Shown here: one piece after another, positions 8,930 through 16,213 of the stretch
Layout: every line of letters starts with the position of its first letter
How positions within the stretch are numbered: the first letter of the stretch is position 1
Assembly: GCA_020632335.1 (NCBI GenBank)
Contig: JACKFV010000002.1
Span: 40,181 to 72,180 of the forward strand
Source of the DNA: Candidatus Saccharimonadota bacterium
GTDB taxonomy: Bacteria > Patescibacteriota > Gracilibacteria > UBA4473
Reading direction: 5' to 3'
Length of the DNA stretch: 32,000 nt
Notes under the pieces: model-generated
What the model saw: the letters and a program-made list of their open reading frames with translations, nothing else
The model's database searches: none
What the model was told of the DNA's origin: nothing
Translations under genes and position numbers: made by a program

Positions 8930-9973
8930 ATGCAGTCGCTGTACTTCGACGCCGCCGCTACCACCCCCCTCGCACCAGAGGCCGCCGACGCGATGGACGC
9001 CCTGCGCGATACCTGGGGGAATAGTGCCTCGCAGCACCACCTGGGGAGGGAGTCCAGAGCTGTGGTAGAGCGCTCGCTCACCCGCATAGCCGAGGTACTA
9101 GGGGTGTCACCGCATCAGCTGACTCCTACGCATGGCGGCACCCACGGGAACCAGCAGGTGCTCCAGGTGGCTGCGCGGCGGTGGGGGTGGGCGCACCTTT
9201 ATGCCAGCACGGTGGAGCACAGCAGCGTTGTTGACCTCCTCCTGCCCGAGAATCGCTTTGACCCTATGACCTTTGCGGGTACCCGCCCGGAGGCCAGGCT
9301 GCTGGCTCTCATGCAGGTGAATAACGAGACCGGTGCCATCTATGATATCGCAGCGCTGCGGCGCTCCTTCCCGGACGCGGTGCTCCTCAGCGACTGGGTA
9401 CAGGCCGTGCACCGGGTGCCCCACAGCTGGCTGGCGGAGGTAGATATAGCGACCTTCAGCGCGCATAAATTCGGTGGACCTAAGGGCATGGGTGTGCTCT
9501 ATACCGCGGTACCAGAGGCCTGGCCGGAGCTCACCGCGCAGCACCACACCGTAGACCACGTGCGGCTGGCGGGCATGGCGGCGGCGCTCCTGCGTGACCC
9601 CAAGGCCGAGCATCTCCAGCGCCTCACGCTCCACCTCCAGCAACTGCTGCAGGCCTCTGTACCCGGGCTGATTATCCACCGCCATGGCATTGCTCAGGCT
9701 AGTGGTATCCTCAGCGTGAGTGTGCCAGGGGTGCGTGGAGCGCAGATAATGCGCCTACTGGACACCGAAGAGGCCCTCTGTGTGAGCACCGGCGCGGCCT
9801 GCACGCGGAATATTTTTGCTCCCTCACGCGTGCTCCAGGCCATCACCAGCGACACGCAGCACCACTACCCCGTGCGACTGAGCCTGCATACGGGCTTGAC
9901 GCTGGAGGATACCGAACACTTGGCCGCCGCCTTTGCCAGCATTGTGGGGCAGCTGCGGGCACAAGTGCGGTGA
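8930..9973 (+). CDS. Class V aminotransferase / cysteine desulfurase (NifS/IscS-like, short form)
   Basis: 347 aa. It has the PLP-lysine motif SAHKFGGPKGMGVLY and the catalytic-Cys motif STGAACT. It is the only CDS in the window ending in TGA. Confidence 0.8.
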   Translation: MQSLYFDAAATTPLAPEAADAMDALRDTWGNSASQHHLGRESRAVVERSLTRIAEVLGVSPHQLTPTHGGTHGNQQVLQVAARRWGWAHLYASTVEHSSVVDLLLPENRFDPMTFAGTRPEARLLALMQVNNETGAIYDIAALRRSFPDAVLLSDWVQAVHRVPHSWLAEVDIATFSAHKFGGPKGMGVLYTAVPEAWPELTAQHHTVDHVRLAGMAAALLRDPKAEHLQRLTLHLQQLLQASVPGLIIHRHGIAQASGILSVSVPGVRGAQIMRLLDTEEALCVSTGAACTRNIFAPSRVLQAITSDTQHHYPVRLSLHTGLTLEDTEHLAAAFASIVGQLRAQVR

Positions 9974-9978
9974 TTTTA

Positions 9979-10006
9979 TTGACACCCGGGCGAGGATTTC
10001 TACCCT
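9979..10006 (+). promoter_or_regulatory. Candidate promoter for the tRNA-Gly/tRNA-Tyr pair
   Basis: TTGACA (9979-9984), 16 nt, TACCCT (10001-10006). The tRNA starts about 20 nt after the predicted TSS. Confidence 0.45.
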
Positions 10007-10032
10007 GTGGGGGGCTTCTTTTATAGCGCGGC

Positions 10033-10107
10033 GCACGTGTCGTATAATGGCTATTACCACGGCCTTCCAAGCCGTTGACGCGAGTTCGATTCTCGCCACG
10101 TGCTCCA
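10033..10107 (+). tRNA. tRNA-Gly (anticodon UCC), CCA encoded
   Basis: Folded by hand. Acceptor GCACGTG/CACGTGC. Anticodon stem ACGGC/GCCGT with loop CTTCCAA. 4-nt variable loop. T arm GCGAG-TTCGATT-CTCGC. Discriminator T followed by CCA. Confidence 0.9.
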
Positions 10108-10117
10108 TTTCTCCCGT

Positions 10118-10202
10118 GGAGGGATAGTGAAGCGGTCAAACACAACAGACTGTAAATCTGTCGGCTCAGCCTTCGCAGGTTCGAATCCTGCTCCCTCCAC
10201 CA
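10118..10202 (+). tRNA. tRNA-Tyr (anticodon GUA), long variable arm, CCA encoded
   Basis: Acceptor GGAGGGA/TCCCTCC. Anticodon stem ACAGA/TCTGT with loop CTGTAAA. Long variable arm CGGCTCAGCCTTCGC. T arm GCAGG-TTCGAAT-CCTGC. ACCA end. Confidence 0.9.
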
Positions 10203-10210
10203 GTATGTTT

Positions 10211-11617
10211 CTACTCATAGGTGATGGCCTCTGTTTTTTCCGTGTACCGCCAGCGGTGCAATAGCCGCTCGTACCCCGGGCTGAAGAGACACCACCCCCA
10301 CAGCACTATGAGGAGCCCGAGCACGCTATACCCCACCGTGGGGGAGACTACCCGTAGCGGGATGCTGGAGGTGAGCTGCGCCAGGTGCAGCGTGAGCTCG
10401 AGAAGACTCCAGACCCCCGCACCCAGCAGGTAGCCCAGCCATGGGGTCACTGGCCCGAGCAGCAGTAGCACTACCCCCAGAAGCATCACCAGCGGGACAA
10501 CTGGCTCGATGAGGACATTGGCGATGAGCCCCGCCGGGTACCACACCCCAAACTGCAGCAGCTGCAGCGGCAGAGTGCTGAGGGTCGCGATGAGACTCAC
10601 CCCCAGGAGATCCCACAGCAGCCGAGACGCCCCTCGCAGTGCCACTCCCTCCCACAGCGGCAGCAGGGTAATAATGCCCAGCGTGGCCAGCACACTCAGC
10701 TGGAAGCCAATATCAAAGAGCAGTATCCTCGGCGTCACCGCGGCCATGAGCAGCACCGTCAGCAGCAGCACGTTGGGCATGTCCGCCATTCGCCCCTGGC
10801 TGATACCCCAGCCCGCCACCAGCCCCATGATGCTACTGCGCACCACTGGCGCGTCGGCCCCCGTCACCAGGCAGTAGAAGAGCACCACCCCCACACTACT
10901 CCAGAAGACCACCCGCCGCCCCAACCGTCGGAACAGGAGCGACACAAAGACCATCAGCACGGTGATGTTATAGCCGCTCACCACCAAGATGTGCTGGAGG
11001 GTACTGTGACGAAAAAGCGCCTCCGTGCGTGGTGGGAGGTCCTCCCGTATGCCCAGCAATATACCGCTGAGCAGCTGGCGGTGCGGCACGGGTAGCAGCC
11101 TTTTTAACCGAGATTCACTCCACTGTCGCAGGCTATAGGCCCACTGCAGGAGCGGATTTCCCTCAGCTGGTGCCACGAGCGCTGCCTCCTCCGCCCGCAC
11201 AATATGTGTGATGCCATACCGCAGCAGGTAGCCCCGGTAGTCAAAACTCCCCAGCACGGTGGGCAGCTGCAGCTTACCGGTTATCTCCAGGCGGTCGCCA
11301 TAGCCCCAGCTATTGTGCCTCTGGTCCCGCAGGAGCACCCGGGCGCGGGTCTGGCTAGCCGGTGGAGGGATATGCAGCCAGTCGTAGTACCAGTGGGGGC
11401 TGCTATAGTGGGTGAGCTCTAGCGTAGCCTGACGATGAGAGAGCCGTTGCTCAGGGAAGCTCACCACCTGCCCCAGGAGGGTCACCGGCTGCGCAAGCGG
11501 CAGCACTGGCACTGGTGGCGCTGGGCGCAGACTCCAGAGGGCCAGCAGCGCAATACCCATGCACAATAAAACCCGGAGTATGCGCTCCGGCGTAGCATAG
11601 CGGGCACTAGAGGTCAT
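10211..11617 (-). CDS. comEC: ComEC/Rec2-family DNA uptake channel (N-terminal OB/DUF4131 plus competence domain, no C-terminal metallo-beta-lactamase domain)
   Basis: 468 aa. The N-terminal region has one TM helix followed by a soluble segment, then a polytopic membrane core with ...ILVVSGYNITVL... typical of the ComEC competence domain. The protein ends right after the membrane domain. Confidence 0.8.
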   Translation of the reverse strand: MTSSARYATPERILRVLLCMGIALLALWSLRPAPPVPVLPLAQPVTLLGQVVSFPEQRLSHRQATLELTHYSSPHWYYDWLHIPPPASQTRARVLLRDQRHNSWGYGDRLEITGKLQLPTVLGSFDYRGYLLRYGITHIVRAEEAALVAPAEGNPLLQWAYSLRQWSESRLKRLLPVPHRQLLSGILLGIREDLPPRTEALFRHSTLQHILVVSGYNITVLMVFVSLLFRRLGRRVVFWSSVGVVLFYCLVTGADAPVVRSSIMGLVAGWGISQGRMADMPNVLLLTVLLMAAVTPRILLFDIGFQLSVLATLGIITLLPLWEGVALRGASRLLWDLLGVSLIATLSTLPLQLLQFGVWYPAGLIANVLIEPVVPLVMLLGVVLLLLGPVTPWLGYLLGAGVWSLLELTLHLAQLTSSIPLRVVSPTVGYSVLGLLIVLWGWCLFSPGYERLLHRWRYTEKTEAITYE

Positions 11618-11625
11618 CGTGCGGG

Positions 11626-12120
11626 TTAAGCAGCTTCAGTAACCGGAGCCTCTGCATCTGTGTCTGCAGCTGCGTCCTCAACGATTTCCGCAGCAGTATC
11701 TTCCGCTTCCGCTACAGGTGCTGCTGGCTCTGTGATTGCTGCCTTTTCCACGGTTATGTGCTCCAGTGTAAAGGGCACTTCCTGCATCCGCAGTGATTTC
11801 CCGCTCAGGTCTCGCACGTAGTTCAGCTTGGCTCGGCGTACCTTGTGCGCGCGCTTCACGTCTATCTGCACGATGCTGGGGGAGTGCAGCGGAAACACCT
11901 TCTCGACCCCCACACCACTGGCGATATTTCGCACGGTGAAGGTCGCGTTGATCCCGTCGTTACTATTTTTCACGCCGATCACCATCCCCTTGAAGATCTG
12001 GATCCGCTCTTTCTTCCCCTCTGTGATGCGCTGGTGCACCTCCACACGGTACCCGGGGCGCAGCGCGGGGACGCTGTCTTTACAATAGGCGTTAGAAAAT
12101 TGGCGTACGCGGGCGTCCAT
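11626..12120 (-). CDS. rplS: 50S ribosomal protein L19 with an acidic Ala/Glu-rich C-terminal tail
   Basis: From ATG 12120: MDARVRQFSNAYCKDSVPALRPGYRVEVHQRITEGKKERIQIFKGMVIG...TVRNIASGVGVEKVFPLHSP...VRRAKLNYVR. N-terminal spacing matches E. coli L19 (16 aa before VP.(F/L)RPG). The ORF-track start at 12174 is a TTG that I read as the -35 box. Confidence 0.9.
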   Translation of the reverse strand: MDARVRQFSNAYCKDSVPALRPGYRVEVHQRITEGKKERIQIFKGMVIGVKNSNDGINATFTVRNIASGVGVEKVFPLHSPSIVQIDVKRAHKVRRAKLNYVRDLSGKSLRMQEVPFTLEHITVEKAAITEPAAPVAEAEDTAAEIVEDAAADTDAEAPVTEAA

Positions 12121-12146
12121 GAAAGAGGGGGCAATTACACTCTTGC

Positions 12147-12174
12147 AATCTAACATAGTTGGCAGGGGTGGCAA
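12147..12174 (-). promoter_or_regulatory. Candidate rplS-comEC promoter
   Basis: Minus strand TTGCCA (12174-12169), 16 nt, TAGATT (12152-12147). The predicted leader is about 20 nt. Confidence 0.4.
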
Positions 12175-12329
12175 ATTTTTTTACGACTTCTTCATCTGGG
12201 AGTTCATGAGGTCTTCACGCATCAGCCGTTCAGCCCGTACCCCTTTGGTATATCTGGGGGATTTCCCTCACGACTTTCTTCATACATATGTACATATTAG
12301 AGGACAGAGAGTAGCGGGGCGTCCCGAGT

Positions 12330-12357
12330 TTGACAGCGGTGCTTTCTGCCCTACCAT
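12330..12357 (+). promoter_or_regulatory. Candidate fusA promoter
   Basis: TTGACA (12330-12335), 16 nt, TACCAT (12352-12357). The predicted leader before ATG 12379 is about 15 nt, with no SD motif. Confidence 0.5.
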
Positions 12358-12378
12358 CGCCGTGTAATTCTTTACGCT

Positions 12379-14460
12379 ATGACCAAGCACTATCCGCTCA
12401 ACCGGGTTCGTAACATCGGTATTATTGCGCATATCGACGCGGGAAAAACCACCGTGTCTGAGCGCATCCTCTTCTACACCGGGGTGAACCACAAGATAGG
12501 CGAAGTGCACGAGGGCCAGGCCACCATGGACTGGATGGAGCAAGAGCAGGAGCGGGGGATCACCATTACCTCTGCAGCCACCACGTGCTTCTGGAATGAC
12601 TGCCAGATCAACATCATCGACACGCCCGGGCACGTGGACTTCACCGTAGAGGTAGAGCGTAGCCTGCGGGTGCTGGATGGTGCGGTGGCGATCTTCGACG
12701 GGGTGAGTGGCGTAGAGCCCCAGTCCGAGACGGTATGGCGCCAGGCCGACCGCTATGGCGTGCCGCGCATGTGCTTTATCAATAAGCTGGACCGTACCGG
12801 GGCTAGCTTCATGCGCAGCTACCAGAGTATCCTCGACCGCCTGTGTCGCGACGCCCTGCCCATCCAGCTGCCCATCGGCGAGGAAAGTGCCTTCAAAGGA
12901 CTGGTGGATCTGGTGGGGAACTGCGCCTATATCTACCATGATGACTTGGGGCAGGAGATCGAGAAGATTGCCATCCCGGCCGATATGACAGATCTGGCCG
13001 CGGAGTGGCGAGAGAAACTGGTGGAGAATGTGGCGGGCACCGACGAAGTGCTGATGCATAAGTACCTGGAGGAGGGCTCGCTGACCGAAGCAGAGCTCAA
13101 AGAGGGCATCCGTAAAGCCACGCTCGCGGGGGATCTGGTGCCAGTACTCACGGGTACGGCGCTCAAGAACAAAGGGGTGCAACTGCTGCTGGACGCCGTA
13201 ACGGCCTACCTCCCCAGCCCTCTGGACATCCCCCCTGCAGAAGGCAAAGACCCCGAGAACCCCGAGGTTACCCTGGTGCGCAAACCAGACGATAAAGAGC
13301 CCCTGGCAGCCCTGGCGTTCAAGGTAGCGACTGACCCTTATGTAGGGCGGCTGACCTTTGTGCGGGTCTACAGCGGAGTGATGGAGAGCGGCAGCTACGT
13401 CTATAACCCTACCAGTGGGCAAAAGGAGCGCATCGGGCGACTGCTGCAGATGCACGCTAATAAGCGGGAGGAGATCAGCGTGATCCCCGCGGGGCAGATA
13501 GGCGCGGTAGTGGGGCTGAAGAGCACCAAGACCGGCGAGACGCTCTGCGACGATAAACAGCCCATTGTGCTGGAGAGTATGGAATTCCCCGAGCCGGTGA
13601 TTTCTATCTCCGTTGAGCCCAAGAGTAAGGCTGATCAGGAGAAAATGAGCCTGGCGCTGAGCAAGCTGGCGGAGGAGGACCCTACCTTCAAAGTGCATAC
13701 CGACGAAGAAACCAACCAGACCATCATCAGCGGTATGGGTGAGCTGCACCTGGATATCATTGTGGACCGTATGAAGCGGGAATTCAAGGTGGAGTGTAAT
13801 ATCGGTCAGCCGCAGGTGGCCTACCGCGAGACGATTCAGGAGGAGGTGGAGTCTAAGTACACGCACAAGAAACAGACCGGTGGACGCGGGCAGTTCGGGG
13901 AGGTGGTGTGTAAAATCCGCCCTGGTAAGCCGGGCCATGGCTTTGTCTTCATCAATAGTATCAAGGGGGCATCTATCCCGAACGAGTACATCCCCGGGTG
14001 TGAGAAGGGCTTTGCAGAGGCCATGACGCGTGGTATCCGCGCGGGTTACCCGGTGGTAGACGTGGAGGTCGAGCTCATCGACGGGAGCTACCATGACGTG
14101 GATTCGAGCGAGTTGGCATTCAAGATTGCCGCGGCACAGGCCTTCAAGGAGGGAGCCGTACGCGCTAAACCGGTCATCCTCGAGCCGATGATGAATGTAG
14201 AGATTACCACGCCAGAGGACTACATGGGGGATGTCATGGGGAATGTGAGCGGTAAGCGCGGGATCATCCAGGAGAGTGGTGACCGTGGCCTGGCCAAGTA
14301 CATCAAGGCGCAGATACCGCTAGCGAACATGTTTGGTTACGCCACTGACCTCCGGAGTATGACCCAGGGCCGCGCCAACTACTCTATGGAATTTGCCAAC
14401 TACGTGAAAGCGCCGAATACCGTAGCAGATCAGATCATCGCTGAGCGCTCCGGAAAGTAG
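12379..14460 (+). CDS. fusA: Translation elongation factor G
   Basis: 693 aa. G-domain motifs [14 protein letters not shown] and NKLD, with full-length EF-G architecture. Confidence 0.97.
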   Translation: MTKHYPLNRVRNIGIIAHIDAGKTTVSERILFYTGVNHKIGEVHEGQATMDWMEQEQERGITITSAATTCFWNDCQINIIDTPGHVDFTVEVERSLRVLDGAVAIFDGVSGVEPQSETVWRQADRYGVPRMCFINKLDRTGASFMRSYQSILDRLCRDALPIQLPIGEESAFKGLVDLVGNCAYIYHDDLGQEIEKIAIPADMTDLAAEWREKLVENVAGTDEVLMHKYLEEGSLTEAELKEGIRKATLAGDLVPVLTGTALKNKGVQLLLDAVTAYLPSPLDIPPAEGKDPENPEVTLVRKPDDKEPLAALAFKVATDPYVGRLTFVRVYSGVMESGSYVYNPTSGQKERIGRLLQMHANKREEISVIPAGQIGAVVGLKSTKTGETLCDDKQPIVLESMEFPEPVISISVEPKSKADQEKMSLALSKLAEEDPTFKVHTDEETNQTIISGMGELHLDIIVDRMKREFKVECNIGQPQVAYRETIQEEVESKYTHKKQTGGRGQFGEVVCKIRPGKPGHGFVFINSIKGASIPNEYIPGCEKGFAEAMTRGIRAGYPVVDVEVELIDGSYHDVDSSELAFKIAAAQAFKEGAVRAKPVILEPMMNVEITTPEDYMGDVMGNVSGKRGIIQESGDRGLAKYIKAQIPLANMFGYATDLRSMTQGRANYSMEFANYVKAPNTVADQIIAERSGK

Positions 14461-14485
14461 CTTTTATCAACGATATACTCACCAG

Positions 14486-14512
14486 AAAGACCCTCAATGC
14501 GGGGTCTTTTTT
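14486..14512 (+). terminator. Rho-independent terminator of fusA
   Basis: AAAGACCC-TCAATGCG-GGGTCTTT with a TTTTTT run, 26 nt after the stop. Confidence 0.8.
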
Positions 14513-14524
14513 GGCGGATAAGCG

Positions 14525-14552
14525 TTGACCATATGCCCTCAGTTTCTACACT
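14525..14552 (+). promoter_or_regulatory. tRNA-Met promoter
   Basis: TTGACC (14525-14530), 16 nt, TACACT (14547-14552). The tRNA starts at 14563. Confidence 0.6.
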
Positions 14553-14562
14553 CCGTACAGTG

Positions 14563-14638
14563 GGGCGAGTAGCTCAGAGGTTAGAGCAGGGCGCTCATAA
14601 CGCCTTGGCCGGGGGTTCAATTCCCTCCTCGCCCACCA
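14563..14638 (+). tRNA. tRNA with anticodon CAU, elongator type (Met, or Ile2 if lysidinylated), CCA encoded
   Basis: Acceptor GGGCGAG/CTCGCCC with the G1-C72 pair present, so it is not an initiator. D arm GCTC-AGAGGTTA-GAGC. Anticodon stem GGGCG/CGCCT with loop CTCATAA. T arm GGGGG-TTCAATT-CCCTC. ACCA end. Confidence 0.9.
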
Positions 14639-14673
14639 TTTCATGTCATGACAAACAACTTCCCTCATTTAAC

Positions 14674-15369
14674 ATGAAAGAAGATAATAAAAAAATATTT
14701 GGTGAGTACAGAAAAGAGGCTCTTGATTTTTGGAGGAAAGAAACGGGAAGAGCAGACGAAAAAGAATGTGAAGAGTCTTCAATTTACGAAGGTGCGTACG
14801 AATGTCGATGGCAAGGCGAGTTACCCGAACCAAAACATAACAGCTTTTTTTGCTCAATGGGTAATTTTGCAAGCAATGTAGATGATTTGTTGACTGATTC
14901 AAGGAGAGATGAAGTAGACATTCAAAAAGCTTTGAATGATCCTGAAAATCATGATTGTGGAGCTTTGTACCGATTTTACACGCGTATTTTACTGGTTGCT
15001 GAAACAATCGTTGAAGATTTTGAGATGGTTTTACAAAAAGACCTTCCCAAGTCAGCAAAAAATTTGAAGAAATTTGTAAATGCTGTCATCAAGCATAGTT
15101 GTAAAAATGGACGAGGGATACACTTTTACAAAAAAAACCACCACCTACCTCTTTTGATCGAACATTGGGGATTTGGTGATGATGATTCTGAAATGAAAGA
15201 ATTGTCAGTTGATACGTTAGGCAAGGATGATTACAATTGCCTACGATTGCCAAGTCTTTACTCGATAGTTGAAAGTCTTCTTGATTGTTATAAAAAGCTG
15301 GATGAGAAACTTAAAGATGATGATTTTGCGAAAAATTTTCACTATACCTATACAAAAACATGGGATTAG
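14674..15369 (+). CDS. Hypothetical soluble protein, orphan (231 aa)
   Basis: Long open frame in AT-rich DNA, where stops are frequent, starting MKEDNKKIFGEYRKEALDFWRKETGR... The upstream part of the 290-aa track ORF runs through the tRNA and is discarded. I recognise no motif. Confidence 0.65.
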   Translation: MKEDNKKIFGEYRKEALDFWRKETGRADEKECEESSIYEGAYECRWQGELPEPKHNSFFCSMGNFASNVDDLLTDSRRDEVDIQKALNDPENHDCGALYRFYTRILLVAETIVEDFEMVLQKDLPKSAKNLKKFVNAVIKHSCKNGRGIHFYKKNHHLPLLIEHWGFGDDDSEMKELSVDTLGKDDYNCLRLPSLYSIVESLLDCYKKLDEKLKDDDFAKNFHYTYTKTWD

Positions 15370-15574
15370 TAAGGGGTAGTGGCAAATTGCCTCCCTCCTA
15401 CCCGTGACAATCTGTCACGACCTGATGTAAATATTGCACCTGAGACGAGTTTGGATTTCCCCATTTTTGTACTACACTTTTAATGGTCATGACAAACAAG
15501 TCATCGTACCGTTTGGCTGGTAGTTCAATTGCTGTCTTGTCTAGCCCACCATTGATTATCATGACAAAGAACTC
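15370..15574 (+). repeat. Inter-ORF module A
   Basis: 5' block TAAGGGGTAGTGGCAAATTGCCTCC (15370-15394). Hairpin CGTGACAATCTGTCACG (15403-15419). Extra junction copy GTCATGACAAACAA (15486-15499). 3' block GGTAGTTCAATTGCTGTCTTGTCTAGCCCACCATTGATTATCATGACAAAGAAC (15519-15572). Alignable to module B at both ends. Confidence 0.75.
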
Positions 15575-15838
15575 ATGGAAAATCTAGAACAAGAAATACT
15601 CAGAATTAAAGAAAGAAATCAACAGAAAGAATGGGATAAGGCATGGGAAACTTCTCTTTTTCGAAAAGTTGTAATAGCTATTCTCACTTACTTGGTAATA
15701 GTACTTTTCTTCTATTTTGCTGAACTTCCTTCACCATTTATAAATGCAGTAGTTCCCACTCTAGGATTCGTACTTAGTACCCTCTCCTTACCTCTATTTA
15801 AAAGGGTTTGGCTCAGATACTTTCATCAAGACAAGTAA
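15575..15838 (+). CDS. Hypothetical small two-TM membrane protein (87 aa)
   Basis: MENLEQEILRIKERNQQKEWDKAWETS is followed by two hydrophobic helices and a basic tail. The ATG lies 23 nt after the pseudo-CCA end of module A. Confidence 0.6.
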   Translation: MENLEQEILRIKERNQQKEWDKAWETSLFRKVVIAILTYLVIVLFFYFAELPSPFINAVVPTLGFVLSTLSLPLFKRVWLRYFHQDK

Positions 15839-16016
15839 GGGTAGTGGCAAATTGCCTCCACCCCTGTTCGTGACAATTTGTCACAGTCTGAAATACCTCA
15901 ATCTCAAGAGGGGGACAATTTGTCCCCCTCCTTTTCTATTCGTGACACTCCGTCCGTCTGGTTGAGGGGTCAATTGCTGTCTTCCCCATGCCCACCATTG
16001 CATGTTATGACACATA
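15836..16016 (+). repeat. Inter-ORF module B
   Basis: 5' block TAAGGGTAGTGGCAAATTGCCTCC (15836-15859), beginning at the ORF stop codon. Hairpin GTGACAATTTGTCAC (15870-15884). Hairpin GGGGGACAATTTGTCCCCC (15910-15928). 3' block GAGGGGTCAATTGCTGTCTTCCCCATGCCCACCATTGCATGTTATGACACATAA (15964-16017). Confidence 0.75.
15910..15937 (+). terminator. Possible rho-independent terminator inside module B
   Basis: An 8-bp stem GGGGGACA/TGTCCCCC with loop ATT, followed by TCCTTTTCT. Confidence 0.45.
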
Positions 16017-16179
16017 ATGATGAATAGAGAAGTAGAAGAAAGTACTTCTGGAAACAATTCTTTCAATAGACTATTGCAAAGAGGAATTACACCATCATTA
16101 TGATTCTTTCAAAGCCATTTTTGCAGTATTTTAATAGAAGTCTACAACTATTGCATTGTGAAGTATCATCCCTTGATCC

Positions 16180-16207
16180 TTGCACTCGGGGCGCTTTTCA
16201 GTAGAGA
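16180..16207 (+). promoter_or_regulatory. Elp3 promoter, leaderless configuration
   Basis: TTGCAC (16180-16185), 16 nt, TAGAGA (16202-16207), 6 nt (GGCACT), ATG 16214. Confidence 0.55.
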
Positions 16208-16213
16208 GGCACT

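Larger units (their letters stand above)
14639..16165. mobile_element. AT-rich accessory islet abutting the tRNA 3' end: an array of one-ORF units separated by conserved modules that end in pseudo-tRNA 3' ends; no recombinase present
   Basis: Composition switches abruptly at the last base of the tRNA and switches back at the Elp3 promoter. There are three copies of the junction TCAATT...GCCCACCATT...ATGACA, plus a perfect 14-nt repeat GTCATGACAAACAA at 14645-14658 and 15486-15499. Confidence 0.45.

Noticed and set aside
9824-10145. Short ORFs (94, 100 and 64 aa) around 9.8-10.1 kb
   Set aside because: They overlap the 3' end of the cysteine desulfurase gene and the two hand-folded tRNA genes.
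12161-12177. AGGGGTGGCAAATT resembles the module 5' block AGGGGTAGTGGCAAATT
   Set aside because: This sequence is explained locally as the -35 region (TTGCCA on the minus strand) of the rplS promoter. The match needs a 3-nt gap and is short, so it is likely chance.
12280-14094. 604-aa ORF on the minus strand
   Set aside because: It lies entirely antisense to the unambiguous fusA gene. Long shadow ORFs are expected in GC-rich DNA, and its sequence is low-complexity (rich in R, H, L and G).
14497-14673. N-terminal 59 codons of the 290-aa track ORF
   Set aside because: This stretch reads straight through the tRNA(CAU) gene and its promoter. The AT-rich coding part begins at ATG 14674.
15370-16016. 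Canonical integron attC sites or Xer/dif sites in the inter-ORF modules
   Set aside because: There is no RYYYAAC / GTTRRRY pair at the module ends. The TTATG-ACA-CATAA element in module B has the dif arms in the wrong order and spacing. The modules are therefore reported as a novel repeat rather than as attC or dif.
16017-16103. 28-codon ORF (MMNREVEESTSGNNSFNRLLQRGITPSL) after module B
   Set aside because: It sits where a third cassette ORF would be expected, but it is too short to support as a gene from sequence alone. It is mentioned only in the array finding.
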